Part shown: in pieces, positions 25,883 to 34,516 of the stretch
Position numbering within the stretch: the first letter of the stretch is position 1
Layout: the number at the start of each line of letters is the position of its first letter
DNA from: a virus
Lineage: Duplodnaviria > Caudoviricetes
Length of the DNA stretch: 64,000 nt
Strand: one strand, 5' to 3'
Virus record (IMG/VR): IMGVR_UViG_3300044842_000168
Location: 1-64,000 of that record
Notes under the pieces: model-generated
The model's input: the letters and a program-made list of their open reading frames with translations, nothing else
Database searches by the model: none
What the model was told of the DNA's origin: nothing
Position numbers and translations under genes: made by a program

Positions 25883-27824
25883 CTACACCCAGCCGGCCGG
25901 CGACAAGGGCACCGCCAAGATCAAGGACTATGACCGGCGTATCCGAGCGCTGGAGTTCCGACAGGGCTTGGTACTTCCGGACAACTCGGTCCCGGGCACG
26001 CCGAGCTTCAACACTCCGCTGACGGCCTTCTATCAGTCTACTTCGGACGGTACCACGAAGGCCGAGGTGACACTGAGCTGGACTACCCCGACCAACACCG
26101 ACGGGTCCGAGGTCCTGGACGCGGCATACTATGAGATCCAGTACCAGCCCACAACGGTGTTCTCGGATCAGCCCACCTATGCACAGATTGCAGCGCTCGG
26201 TCTGACGTACGCCCAGCTGAACTCTGGTGGCTACACCTACCTGACGATGCCCGGGGCGAGCGAGCCGGACCAGGCGACAACGGACTGGCACCCTGTCGTC
26301 GTGCCCTGGAACAACGGGAACACCGTCACGATCAAGGAGCTCACCCCCGGCGTCCTGTACAACTTCCGCATTCGCTTCGCTGACACCGCGACGCCCACGA
26401 ACCTGTCGGCATGGTCCTCAACGCTCACCATCACAGCGGCGGCCGACTCCGTGGCGCCGAGCCAGCCGGCCGCGCCGGCCGTCGCCTCCTCGCTCATCGC
26501 GGTTCAGGTGACGCATACGCTCGGGAAGTTCTCTGGCGGCACCTATAACCTGGAGGCCGACCTTCACCACCTGGAGGTGCACGCCTCGTACGAGCCGGCT
26601 TTCATCCCCAGCAGCGCGACGTTGCTGGGGAAGCTGGTAGCGAACGCAGGCATGCTCACGGCGAACATCCCCGCGCTGGGTTCATTTGGCGTCTCCTCGA
26701 CTGCCGGGGTGTACGTCAAGGTCATCGCCGTTGACATCTCCGGCAACAAGTCTCCGGCATCCTCAGCGGCCTCGGCGACGGCCACGCTGATCGACAACCA
26801 GCACATCACCGACCTCTCCGCCGACAAGATCACCGCCGGCACGATCACGACACAGATCCTGCTCGCTGGATCCATCAAGACGTCCACCCTCGGGGCTCGG
26901 GCCGAGATCGATGCAGCCGGAATCCGGTTGTACGACAACAGCAACAACAACACGGCGAACTTCAGCGCTGCGGACGGCTCGGTGGTGCTAACCGGTACGG
27001 TCCGTACCAACTGGGCACCGAACAACAATGCCGCCATCGTCATGGACCCGTTCTTCACGGCGCCCGGCGCAGGCAGCTATCCCACTCTGGTGTTCTACGA
27101 TGGGATCAACTCCAAGGGGCCGGCGCGGCTGAACGCGACGTCCTACGGAGTCAACGGGACAGGCGGAACGCAGACCGGCTTGAACTCGGGGCCGTCTGCT
27201 ACCGGAGCATCCTTCAACCAGGCCACAGCCTTGCTCCGGCCAGACGGATTCATCATCAAGTACAACGACCAGTCTGGCAACAAGCGTGGCGGTTACGTCG
27301 CAGGAGACGCCTTTGGCGCGCACCTGGCTATGACAGACAGCTCGGGCAACCAGATCAGCGGTCTGGACCTCAACTCGGACGGCTCGGTTCTGCTGCTGTC
27401 TAACTTGCTGCCCGGTAACGGTATGCAGGTGGACAACTCCGGCAACGCCTACTTCCAAGGCACAGGCAGCGCACAGATCTACGGTGGCCCGAGCGCTGAT
27501 ATGTTCCTGCAGAGCGGCGCCGGCAACGGGAAGATCTGGTTGGACAGCGGGGGAACCTATCGGCTGTACGGAAGGTTCACCAACTATGAGGCGATGACCT
27601 CGACACAGGCGCTGATGACCGGGCAGCAGTCCGGGAACTTCCAAGAGATGGACCTGACCTTCGGCGCGACGATGGCCGGCAGCATGGTCGCGTTGTGCAC
27701 GATGCAGAACGGCTCTGGTGGCGTGTACGTTACGGTTACTGCCATCAGCTCAACCGGCGTCAACCTCCGGGCGAGCGTCTCCGCCAACCAGACATGGAAC
27801 TTCTGGATCTTCAGGGACAGCTGA
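25872..27824 (+). CDS. tail fibre/central tail protein with fibronectin type III repeats
   Basis: LSWTTP, LTPGVLYNFRIR, SAWS, VKVIAVD.SGNKS; ITAGTI repeats. Confidence 0.8.
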   Translation: MCPSYTQPAGDKGTAKIKDYDRRIRALEFRQGLVLPDNSVPGTPSFNTPLTAFYQSTSDGTTKAEVTLSWTTPTNTDGSEVLDAAYYEIQYQPTTVFSDQPTYAQIAALGLTYAQLNSGGYTYLTMPGASEPDQATTDWHPVVVPWNNGNTVTIKELTPGVLYNFRIRFADTATPTNLSAWSSTLTITAAADSVAPSQPAAPAVASSLIAVQVTHTLGKFSGGTYNLEADLHHLEVHASYEPAFIPSSATLLGKLVANAGMLTANIPALGSFGVSSTAGVYVKVIAVDISGNKSPASSAASATATLIDNQHITDLSADKITAGTITTQILLAGSIKTSTLGARAEIDAAGIRLYDNSNNNTANFSAADGSVVLTGTVRTNWAPNNNAAIVMDPFFTAPGAGSYPTLVFYDGINSKGPARLNATSYGVNGTGGTQTGLNSGPSATGASFNQATALLRPDGFIIKYNDQSGNKRGGYVAGDAFGAHLAMTDSSGNQISGLDLNSDGSVLLLSNLLPGNGMQVDNSGNAYFQGTGSAQIYGGPSADMFLQSGAGNGKIWLDSGGTYRLYGRFTNYEAMTSTQALMTGQQSGNFQEMDLTFGATMAGSMVALCTMQNGSGGVYVTVTAISSTGVNLRASVSANQTWNFWIFRDS

Positions 27825-28381
27825 TGACCATACATATCAAGGAAGTCCAGGAGTACGAACATCACTTCGTGGTCATCCAAGACCGCGACGGTACCGAGGG
27901 ACGTGTGGGGCACTTCATCCCCAAGGATGCTCTGGAGTGGAGAGCGGCAGAGTACGAGATCGACCCGGCGGACATCGACACCCTTCTGACCGTCGTTCTG
28001 TACGAGCCGCTGTTGGACGGCAACAGCCACGAGCACCCGAAGCATCTCTACAACGCCGACTCGATCGCCGAGGCGCGGGAGTACCACCTGGGCCGGATCA
28101 AGGCTGCTGCCAAGGCGCACCCGATCTCGGACCCGGATGGACACCTGGACACGGTGCGGCGCAAGTCACACATGCATCCAGAGGCACTCGCGCTCAAGGC
28201 CGCTCATGTCGATCGGGGCCGATGGCTACGGAGGTCCAGGAAGGCCGCTGATCCACACGAGGATCGCCTGGCAACCCTCCGGGCGAACCTTTCCACCCCC
28301 GAGCCACCCGCAACGGCTCTGCGTGAGCCCGAGGCCGGCAAGCCGGCCGACACCAACGCCCTGCTGAGGAAGGACCGCTGA
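27824..28381 (+). CDS. tail-associated hypothetical protein
   Basis: 185 aa, TGATG coupling. Confidence 0.65.
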   Translation: MTIHIKEVQEYEHHFVVIQDRDGTEGRVGHFIPKDALEWRAAEYEIDPADIDTLLTVVLYEPLLDGNSHEHPKHLYNADSIAEAREYHLGRIKAAAKAHPISDPDGHLDTVRRKSHMHPEALALKAAHVDRGRWLRRSRKAADPHEDRLATLRANLSTPEPPATALREPEAGKPADTNALLRKDR

Positions 28382-29361
28382 TGGCCACGACCACTCTTCG
28401 CCTCGGGCTGTCGAAGAAGGACGTCAACGACACCTTCAACGAGGTCCTGTACGACAACGGCAACGCTGACATCCTGGACGCGGCGGTGGGCTTTTCGGCG
28501 TGCACCTCGGCTACGCGACCGAGCGCGCCGTACAACGGGCAGCCGATCCGCGAGACGGACACCGGGCGCTTCTTCGTCTCCAACGGCTCCTCGCCGGCTT
28601 CGGCGTCGTGGATCCAGCTTCTCAACACCGCCTCGGACATCACCCTCACTGGCCACAACATCACGCTGTCCGGCACCGGCTCGAACCTGACCGTGGGCGG
28701 CTCGGCCTCGGTCGCCGGCAACCTCTCACTACCCACAACTGGCGGTAGCTCCAAGCTGCTGCTCGGTCCGGACGTGAACCTCTACTGGGGATCTTCCAAC
28801 ATCCTCAAGACGGACGACTCGTTGCAGGTGGTTGGGAACCTCAGCACAACCACAACCGCCTCCAACCTGAGCATCGGCGGCTCCGCCTCGATCTCGGGCA
28901 ACCTGACGGTGGGCGGCCGGATCACTGGCATCTCCAACCTGTCCGGTGAGGCGACGGCTGGCCTGACGCTGTCGACTTCCTATCAGGATGTTCCCGGTGC
29001 ATTCTTCAGCTTCACCACGACGAAATCCAACACCGTCGTGCAGGTCAGCGTATCAGCTGACATCTCCTGGGGCGCCGGCGATACCGCCTCGGACTACATC
29101 AGCGTCATCGTCAGCGTGGATGGAACAGACATCACCACTGGTGGAGTTGTGGGTACGTCGCCTGGCTCCGCGTTCATCGGGGCCGGTGTGCCGGCTGGTG
29201 GACCACTCAATCCCATCACGATTGCTTCGCCGGGCAGCCACACCATCCAGCTCCGGGCCAAGCGGCAGGGCACAGGCGGTTCGGCTGCACTGAACAAGCT
29301 TGGGCAGCGCGCGGCCGGCGTCGGCGGCTGTCGTGTGGTAGGCACAGTATTCGACGTCTAG
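28381..29361 (+). CDS. tail fibre-like protein
   Basis: TTLRLGL N-terminus, CTSATRP..P..GQ.I.ETDT motif, GNL-x-V repeats. Confidence 0.75.
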   Translation: MATTTLRLGLSKKDVNDTFNEVLYDNGNADILDAAVGFSACTSATRPSAPYNGQPIRETDTGRFFVSNGSSPASASWIQLLNTASDITLTGHNITLSGTGSNLTVGGSASVAGNLSLPTTGGSSKLLLGPDVNLYWGSSNILKTDDSLQVVGNLSTTTTASNLSIGGSASISGNLTVGGRITGISNLSGEATAGLTLSTSYQDVPGAFFSFTTTKSNTVVQVSVSADISWGAGDTASDYISVIVSVDGTDITTGGVVGTSPGSAFIGAGVPAGGPLNPITIASPGSHTIQLRAKRQGTGGSAALNKLGQRAAGVGGCRVVGTVFDV

Positions 29362-29371
29362 GATCGGCGCT

Positions 29372-29557
29372 ATGGCACAAGTTGAGGTCCCGGCACAGAC
29401 GGTCGTGGACAAGCTCTCGGCACAGCTGGGCTCCGCGCTCGCGGACAACGCCCGGCTCCAGGCGGCTCTGGACATCGCTCTCACGCGGATCGATGTGCTG
29501 GAGTCCCACAACCATGAGCTCCAGGAGCTCACCACCACCAAGGTACGCGAGGAGTAG
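29372..29557 (+). CDS. small coiled-coil protein
   Basis: 61 aa with heptad pattern. Confidence 0.65.
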   Translation: MAQVEVPAQTVVDKLSAQLGSALADNARLQAALDIALTRIDVLESHNHELQELTTTKVREE

Positions 29558-29560
29558 CGC

Positions 29561-30409
29561 ATGGCGCCACACGCAGTCTGGACATCCTACCGGATCGAAC
29601 AGCACCACGAGGACGGCCCGGGGTACCTCGGTCGGCACGTCGAACACGACCCGCGCTCGATCGCGTACGAACTCTCCCGGGACCTGTTCCCGAAGAAGCT
29701 GGTATCGGCGAAGCACGACCGGCTCATTCCCGTCCTGGACCAGGGCAACGTCGGCTCGTGCACCGGCAACGACGCGACCGGCCGAACGGGCACCGCGCCG
29801 AACTACGCCCCCATCCCGGCCGACAACAAGTACCGGCCGTCCGCCACCGACGCCGACGCGGACGAGAAGCTGGCCCGGGACACCATCTACCACATGGCCA
29901 CCCAGCTCGACAACGTGCCGGGTACCTACCCGGGCCAGGACACCGGCTCCACCGGTCTGGCGGCCGCCAAGGCAGTCTCCAAGCTCGGGCTGATCGCCGG
30001 CTACCAGCACGCCTTCAACGCCGAGACCGCGCTGGCCGCCCTGACCACCTTTCCGCTAGGGATCGGCGCGGCGTGGCTCACGGGCATGGACAACCCCGAC
30101 TCCAACGGCCTCGTGCACGTCACCGGCGACGTGCGCGGTGGCCATCAGTTCACAGCGGACGAGATCGACGTGGAGAAGAAGCTGGTGGGCTTCACCAACT
30201 CCTGGGGTCTCGGCTGGGGCGTCGGCGGCCGGTTCTTCATGAGCTTCGACGACTTCGAAGCCATGCTGGACAACGACGGCGACGTGATCTGCTACGTCCC
30301 GCTGTCGAAGCCGGCCCCGACCCCCACGCCCACCCCGACGCCCAGCGACGTCGACAAGGCGCTGCACGACATCATCGCCCTGGCACAGGGAGCCCTCGGC
30401 GCCGCTTGA
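29561..30409 (+). CDS. papain-family (C1-like) cysteine peptidase
   Basis: DQGNVGSC (oxyanion Q, catalytic C), GGH, FTNSWG.GWG motifs; PT linker near the C-terminus. Confidence 0.85.
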   Translation: MAPHAVWTSYRIEQHHEDGPGYLGRHVEHDPRSIAYELSRDLFPKKLVSAKHDRLIPVLDQGNVGSCTGNDATGRTGTAPNYAPIPADNKYRPSATDADADEKLARDTIYHMATQLDNVPGTYPGQDTGSTGLAAAKAVSKLGLIAGYQHAFNAETALAALTTFPLGIGAAWLTGMDNPDSNGLVHVTGDVRGGHQFTADEIDVEKKLVGFTNSWGLGWGVGGRFFMSFDDFEAMLDNDGDVICYVPLSKPAPTPTPTPTPSDVDKALHDIIALAQGALGAA

Positions 30410-30445
30410 AGAGATCTTCGCCGGCTGTTCGGCCGGAGGTAGATA

Positions 30446-30481
30446 CCCAGCAGCCCCAGACCGAGGTCTGGGGCTGCTGGG
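30446..30481. terminator. bidirectional terminator ending the virion operon
   Basis: 17-bp arms CCCAGCAGCCCCAGACC / GGTCTGGGGCTGCTGGG. Confidence 0.8.
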
Positions 30482-30498
30482 CCGTCTGGCGGTGGAGA

Positions 30499-30825
30499 CT
30501 AACTGCCCGGAGACGGCGGCCGGGGGTTCGGGATGTTGGGCGTTGGGGCCGGCTGTGGCGGCTTCGGGTCCGTACCGGCCCGCGTCGGTCGGGGCTGGTT
30601 CGGGTTCTCCGGCCTCGGCGCCGGAACCGGCTCGCCCGGCAGCGGTGGCGCGGTGGCGTAGTGGGGGACCGGGTAGCCGGGAGTCCCGGGCTGCGGGACC
30701 GGCGTGTTCGGGTTGGGATCCGGCGGCCCGGGTGGGGTCGGCGGGATGTAGGCGGCCCAGCGCGGCCTCGGCGGCGGCGGACCGGATGGCTGCGGCGTGG
30801 GCCGCTGGATGATGGCTGTGGTCAT
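30499..30825 (-). CDS. proline-rich hypothetical protein
   Basis: 108 aa, very Pro-rich; ATGA coupling. Confidence 0.55.
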   Translation of the reverse strand: MTTAIIQRPTPQPSGPPPPRPRWAAYIPPTPPGPPDPNPNTPVPQPGTPGYPVPHYATAPPLPGEPVPAPRPENPNQPRPTRAGTDPKPPQPAPTPNIPNPRPPSPGS

Positions 30826-30986
30826 CGGCGCGGTCCGCCCTCCAGGCGCAGGCCGTTCGCGGCGTTGGCGTAGCCGTTCCGGCCCTCGTTGGCCTGCTTG
30901 GCCTTGTCCAGCACCTCCTTGTTGTGCTGCTGGCGGCGGTACTCGCTCGCCGCGTCGGGCTTGTTGAACTTGTCGGCGTCCGTCAT
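30822..30986 (-). CDS. small hypothetical protein (not in ORF track)
   Basis: MTDADKFNKPDAASEYRRQQH..., 54 aa; AGGAGG RBS. Confidence 0.7.
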   Translation of the reverse strand: MTDADKFNKPDAASEYRRQQHNKEVLDKAKQANEGRNGYANAANGLRLEGGPRR

Positions 30987-31018
30987 GGTTCCTCCTGTGG
31001 TTGTTGATTACGCTCCGT

Positions 31019-31048
31019 AGCTTACGCGGCAGACGGTAGTCCGTCTAC
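31019..31048 (-). promoter_or_regulatory. TAGACG-type promoter/operator (one mismatch)
   Basis: GCAGACG-gtagtc-CGTCTAC at 31029-31048; TAGACG-N17-TAAGCT. Confidence 0.75.
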
Positions 31049-31065
31049 CCCGTCCCGGGGAACGG

Positions 31066-31096
31066 AACGGGGCCGCCTCGCCGAGGCGGCCCCGTT
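31066..31096 (-). terminator. hairpin terminator
   Basis: 15-bp arms AACGGGGCCGCCTCG / CGAGGCGGCCCCGTT. Confidence 0.7.
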
Positions 31097-31126
31097 GACG
31101 GCCCTAGGATGGCCGTAGAGCGACGA

Positions 31127-31882
31127 TCAGCCCTCGGTGCGCCTTCTCCGCCGGCTCACCGTCACGAGCACGGCACCGCCCACGAGGACGGCCACGCCGA
31201 GCACCAGTACCCCGGTGAGGGGTGCGCCGGTCACCGGCAGGGTCGGTACGGCTGTGGCCGTGGAACTCGCCGAGGCCGTCACGGGCACCGCGCCGGAGGA
31301 ACTCGGCGAGGCCGAGGTGCTCGGGCTGGTGGTCGGGCAGGCCTTCCCTGTCACGTCGCCGGCTGAGTCGTCGGAGCCGTCGTTGTTGTCCGAGGAGTCC
31401 GTCCAGCTCTCGCAGTCGGTCGCGTAGGTCCAGGTGTAGCCGGTCGAGGTGATCGCGACGTCTGTGTTGGGCGGGAACAGCCGGCGCGGCCAGTCGGAGG
31501 TGTTGGGCTTCCCGTTGACCGACTTCGGCAGCAGGCCCGTGTCCGGCGCGACCTCGGACACGACGTGGAACGTCATCTGGCCCTTCAGCGTCCCGGTCAC
31601 CGGGGCGTCCGGGAGCGTCACGCCGTTGCGCGGCGAGGCCGCTCCGGCGAAGGTGGTGAAGTGGCCGTCGTCGTTGATGGTCACGGTGTAGCCGTCGTCG
31701 TCCTTGGCGACGGTGGTGTACCGGGTGAAGTCGTCGCTGGCCCAGTCGCCGTGGTGGCCGCCGTCCGGTGCCCCGGTGATCTGTGTGGTGCCCGAGTTCG
31801 GGTCGGTCGCCGAGGCCGGCGCGGCTAACGCGAGGAACAGCGCGCCGAAGAGGGCCAGCAGCGCCAGGATGCGCTTGGTCAT
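31127..31882 (-). CDS. secreted, sortase-anchored (LPXTG) surface protein
   Basis: signal peptide MTKRILALLA...ASA, Ser/Thr linker, LPVTG plus hydrophobic helix plus RRRRR tail. Confidence 0.88.
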   Translation of the reverse strand: MTKRILALLALFGALFLALAAPASATDPNSGTTQITGAPDGGHHGDWASDDFTRYTTVAKDDDGYTVTINDDGHFTTFAGAASPRNGVTLPDAPVTGTLKGQMTFHVVSEVAPDTGLLPKSVNGKPNTSDWPRRLFPPNTDVAITSTGYTWTYATDCESWTDSSDNNDGSDDSAGDVTGKACPTTSPSTSASPSSSGAVPVTASASSTATAVPTLPVTGAPLTGVLVLGVAVLVGGAVLVTVSRRRRRTEG

Positions 31883-31957
31883 CGTCTTCTCCTTCTGGTC
31901 GCACCGTGCGACCCCAGGAACGGCCGGACGAGCCGGCCGCTCCGAGCGGGCACGGGA

Positions 31958-32086
31958 TCAGCGGGCGAATGCACGGCCGGCGACGTACGCGACGCTCAGC
32001 ATCAGCGGGGAGGTCAGCACGAGTCCGGAGAACCAGAATCCACCGGCGATGATGGCTAGCTTCAGTTCCTTCGTCAACTTGTTCAC
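31958..32086 (-). CDS. small membrane protein
   Basis: 42 aa, hydrophobic core, GGAGG RBS. Confidence 0.6.
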   Translation of the reverse strand: MNKLTKELKLAIIAGGFWFSGLVLTSPLMLSVAYVAGRAFAR

Positions 32087-32091
32087 CTCCC

Positions 32092-32418
32092 TCAGTAGCT
32101 CGGCGTTGCTGTCGGGGCGACCACTCCAGCCAACCCACCGAACAGGCTGCCGAAGATCCACAGGACGGAGACCAGAACCGAGGGTCCGGCGAGGATGTAT
32201 CCCATAACCAGGCCGGCGACGGCCATCCCGTGCCCCTTGACGGTGTTGGTGCGCGTCTCCTTCAAGGCGACGTGGCCAAGAACCACCGCGACGATGGAGA
32301 AGATGCCAAAGGAGCAGCATCCGGTAGCGAGCCCGACGATGCCCAGTACCATCGAGGCGACGGCCATGCCCGAGGTACGACGCGGGTCTACCGCGTACAT
32401 GAACGGCGGCTGGTTCAT
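32092..32418 (-). CDS. DUF4190-like membrane protein
   Basis: TSGMAVASMVLGI...VVLGHVAL...GHGMAVAGLVMGY pattern. Confidence 0.85.
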   Translation of the reverse strand: MNQPPFMYAVDPRRTSGMAVASMVLGIVGLATGCCSFGIFSIVAVVLGHVALKETRTNTVKGHGMAVAGLVMGYILAGPSVLVSVLWIFGSLFGGLAGVVAPTATPSY

Positions 32419-33560
32419 CAGGCACAGCTCCAGGGGTCGAAGGGTTGCCAGCCGACCGTGGGGTTGTTGGGGGCGTTGTGGAACACGAGCGGTTGGATCA
32501 TGTAGGTGGCGGCTGTCTGGTTCAGCTTGCCGGCGTCCCACAGGTCGATACCCTGGTACGCCTGGCCGTCCAGCACCATGACCGTCCGGGGCTGCCCGCC
32601 GCAGGTGTTGGCGCTGACGGTCGCCCGGTACCGGGCCGACATCGGCTGTGGGCCGGAGCCCTGTGCCGCCGCGTAGCCGGCCGGCGAGGTCCACGGCCCG
32701 ATTGGGGTCGGGGCCGTACCGAAGATGGTGGGCACCGCGTCGCAGTAACCACACTCGGGGTTGCTCAGCGTCATGACGTAGAGCGTCGCGGAGAACTTGT
32801 AGATGCCGGCGCCTTCGACCGCGCTGAACAGCGCGGCAGAGCCGTTTCCGGTGCCGTCCGTCCACGCGGCGTTGAGCGGCTCCACGAACTCCGCGTACCC
32901 GGTCCCTCCGGCACCGGTGCACACGAGGTAGGCGGCGGAGCCGTCCGTGAAGATGGAGAAGTCTCCGTTGGCATTCGCACAGGTGTACGCGGCCGGCTTG
33001 TGGAACGTCGTGCAGGGACCGGTCGGTCCGGAGCAGAGGTAGTTGTTGTAGGCGTTGGCGTGGTCCAGGTTGAAGTCGTCCGGGGCGTTGAACCACAGCA
33101 CGTACTGTCCGTCCGGTCGCTGCACCATCCGTGGGTTGAAGCAGCCCGCCCCGTTCGTCCGGACGCACTGTGCATCCCACGTCCGCCCGCTCCACGGATC
33201 GATCATGGTGGGGGAGATCAGCTGTGTGATCCCGGACCACGGCCCGTCGAGGCTCGGCGCCGAGGCGACGGCGAAGCCACAGAAGTGGTTGGTGCTCGCG
33301 CCGACTCCCCAGGCGAAGCCGCAGGAGTACTGGGTGCCGTACAGGTAGTAGGTGTCGCCGAACTTCTGCACGATCCCGTCGTGCAGGTCGAGGCCGGTGA
33401 TGGTCTTCCCGGACGGAACCGTGACGGCCGGCGCGGTGAGGGTGGTTCCGTGACTCGGGGGCACGGCGGTGCCACGCGGGCTCGCCGAGGCGACCCCCGA
33501 GATGAGGGCCGTGATCGCCAGCACGTTGGCCAGCAATACGGCCCAGCGGAGCCTGGTCAT
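32418..33560 (-). CDS. secreted GH43-like beta-propeller glycoside hydrolase
   Basis: signal peptide; LHDG..QKFGDTYYLYGT, FNPRM, NGDFSIF, VEGAGIY motifs. Confidence 0.75.
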   Translation of the reverse strand: MTRLRWAVLLANVLAITALISGVASASPRGTAVPPSHGTTLTAPAVTVPSGKTITGLDLHDGIVQKFGDTYYLYGTQYSCGFAWGVGASTNHFCGFAVASAPSLDGPWSGITQLISPTMIDPWSGRTWDAQCVRTNGAGCFNPRMVQRPDGQYVLWFNAPDDFNLDHANAYNNYLCSGPTGPCTTFHKPAAYTCANANGDFSIFTDGSAAYLVCTGAGGTGYAEFVEPLNAAWTDGTGNGSAALFSAVEGAGIYKFSATLYVMTLSNPECGYCDAVPTIFGTAPTPIGPWTSPAGYAAAQGSGPQPMSARYRATVSANTCGGQPRTVMVLDGQAYQGIDLWDAGKLNQTAATYMIQPLVFHNAPNNPTVGWQPFDPWSCA

Positions 33561-33571
33561 GCGAGTTCCCT

Positions 33572-33733
33572 TCAGGGGCCGAACGGCCCGACGTTGTAGA
33601 GGGTGGACGTGGGGACGACGTGTACGTTGGTCGCGGGGGTGTGCTCCTGGTAGAGGAACTGACCGTAGGCGATCAGGAACCCGATCGCGAACGCGGCGAA
33701 GCCGGCCGCGAGCCCGAGCCAGAAGCGCTTCAC
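33572..33733 (-). CDS. small membrane protein (not in ORF track)
   Basis: MKRFWLGLAAGFAAFAIGFLIAYG..., 53 aa; GTGA coupling. Confidence 0.65.
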   Translation of the reverse strand: MKRFWLGLAAGFAAFAIGFLIAYGQFLYQEHTPATNVHVVPTSTLYNVGPFGP

Positions 33734-33903
33734 AGCTTGTACCACCTTTCGAAGTCGTCTTTGGTGAGCGCGCGGGCGATCGCCTTGGCTCGCCGCGCGG
33801 CCTTCCGGTCGCGCCGGAGCGCCCGCGCGGGCGGAGCGAAGGTGATCACGAGCACGAGCGTGACGATGAGGCTGGCGACCATACAGGCCGCGAAGAACTT
33901 CAT
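33730..33903 (-). CDS. small membrane protein
   Basis: MKFFAACMVASLIVTLVLVITF plus basic tail. Confidence 0.65.
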   Translation of the reverse strand: MKFFAACMVASLIVTLVLVITFAPPARALRRDRKAARRAKAIARALTKDDFERWYKL

Positions 33904-34004
33904 CGTGGAGCGAAGATGCCGAGGCCGAAGCAGACCGCGCCGCCCACGACCAGGGACAGGACCAGGAACACCCACACGCCGCAGGGGACGCGAGACGTCC
34001 TCAC
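33900..34004 (-). CDS. 34-aa membrane peptide
   Basis: GTGA and ATGA coupling at both ends; GGAGGAG RBS; hydrophobic. Confidence 0.55.
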   Translation of the reverse strand: MRTSRVPCGVWVFLVLSLVVGGAVCFGLGIFAPR

Positions 34005-34084
34005 CACTCCTCCGTTCTGCGAATCCAGATGATGTTGGGGATGAAGCTGCTGACCAGGGTCCAATAGAAGGCCGCTCCGATCAC
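34001..34084 (-). CDS. 27-aa membrane peptide
   Basis: MIGAAFYWTLVSSFIPNIIWIRRTEEW; coupled at both ends. Confidence 0.5.
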   Translation of the reverse strand: MIGAAFYWTLVSSFIPNIIWIRRTEEW

Positions 34085-34353
34085 TCGGAGGTTCCACGGA
34101 TCGCGTTCAGCCGAGCAAAGACGCGGGAGTCGCACCACGACACGGACGGTGTGTCCTCGGCTGCCAACCGGCGCCTCGAAGACGATGTGCGGCTGTGCCA
34201 CAGGTGCCACTCCCCTCGGCGGTAGCTGGACACCATGCCCCGGACGAACCGGACCGGAAGCTGCACGCCGTAGAACCACAGGGCCAGGGCCCACAGGATC
34301 AGCAGGGCGATGGCGGCCACGGCCAGGACTGGTATCAGCACGAACTCGATCAC
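34081..34353 (-). CDS. membrane protein with C-terminal His/Cys motif (leaderless)
   Basis: N-terminal TM helix; GTG 7 nt after TACAGT. Confidence 0.65.
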   Translation of the reverse strand: MIEFVLIPVLAVAAIALLILWALALWFYGVQLPVRFVRGMVSSYRRGEWHLWHSRTSSSRRRLAAEDTPSVSWCDSRVFARLNAIRGTSE

Positions 34354-34360
34354 GGCAATG

Positions 34361-34397
34361 ACTGTACTCCAGTAGACGCGTATCCGTCTACTGGAGT
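34361..34397 (-). promoter_or_regulatory. TAGACG-type promoter with extended 13-bp palindrome
   Basis: ACTCCAGTAGACG-cgtatc-CGTCTACTGGAGT at 34366-34397; TAGACG-N18-TACAGT. Confidence 0.8.
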
Positions 34398-34516
34398 GCG
34401 AGGAAGACGGTCAGCGCGGCGAGCAGCAGCAGCGCTCCGAGGAACATGACGGCTCTCCAGAATTGCTCACGGCGACGCCGGGACCTGTAGGTTTGTGGCT
34501 CCCAGTACTTCTTCAC
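34388..34516 (-). CDS. small membrane protein (not in ORF track)
   Basis: MKKYWEPQTYRSRRRREQFWRAVMFLGALLLLAALTVFLALQ; GTGA coupling. Confidence 0.6.
   Translation of the reverse strand: MKKYWEPQTYRSRRRREQFWRAVMFLGALLLLAALTVFLALQ

Noticed and set aside
30499-30825. Collagen-like or repeat-element interpretation of the Pro-rich ORF
   Set aside because: No Gly-X-Y periodicity or DNA-level tandem repeat; kept only as a low-confidence Pro-rich CDS.
9230-33599. Long antisense or alternative-frame ORFs (9230..10738, 15462..17195, 19151..20008, 29758..30873, 32445..33599 and similar)
   Set aside because: Shadow ORFs expected in ~70% GC DNA with strong third-position bias, lying opposite well-supported genes.
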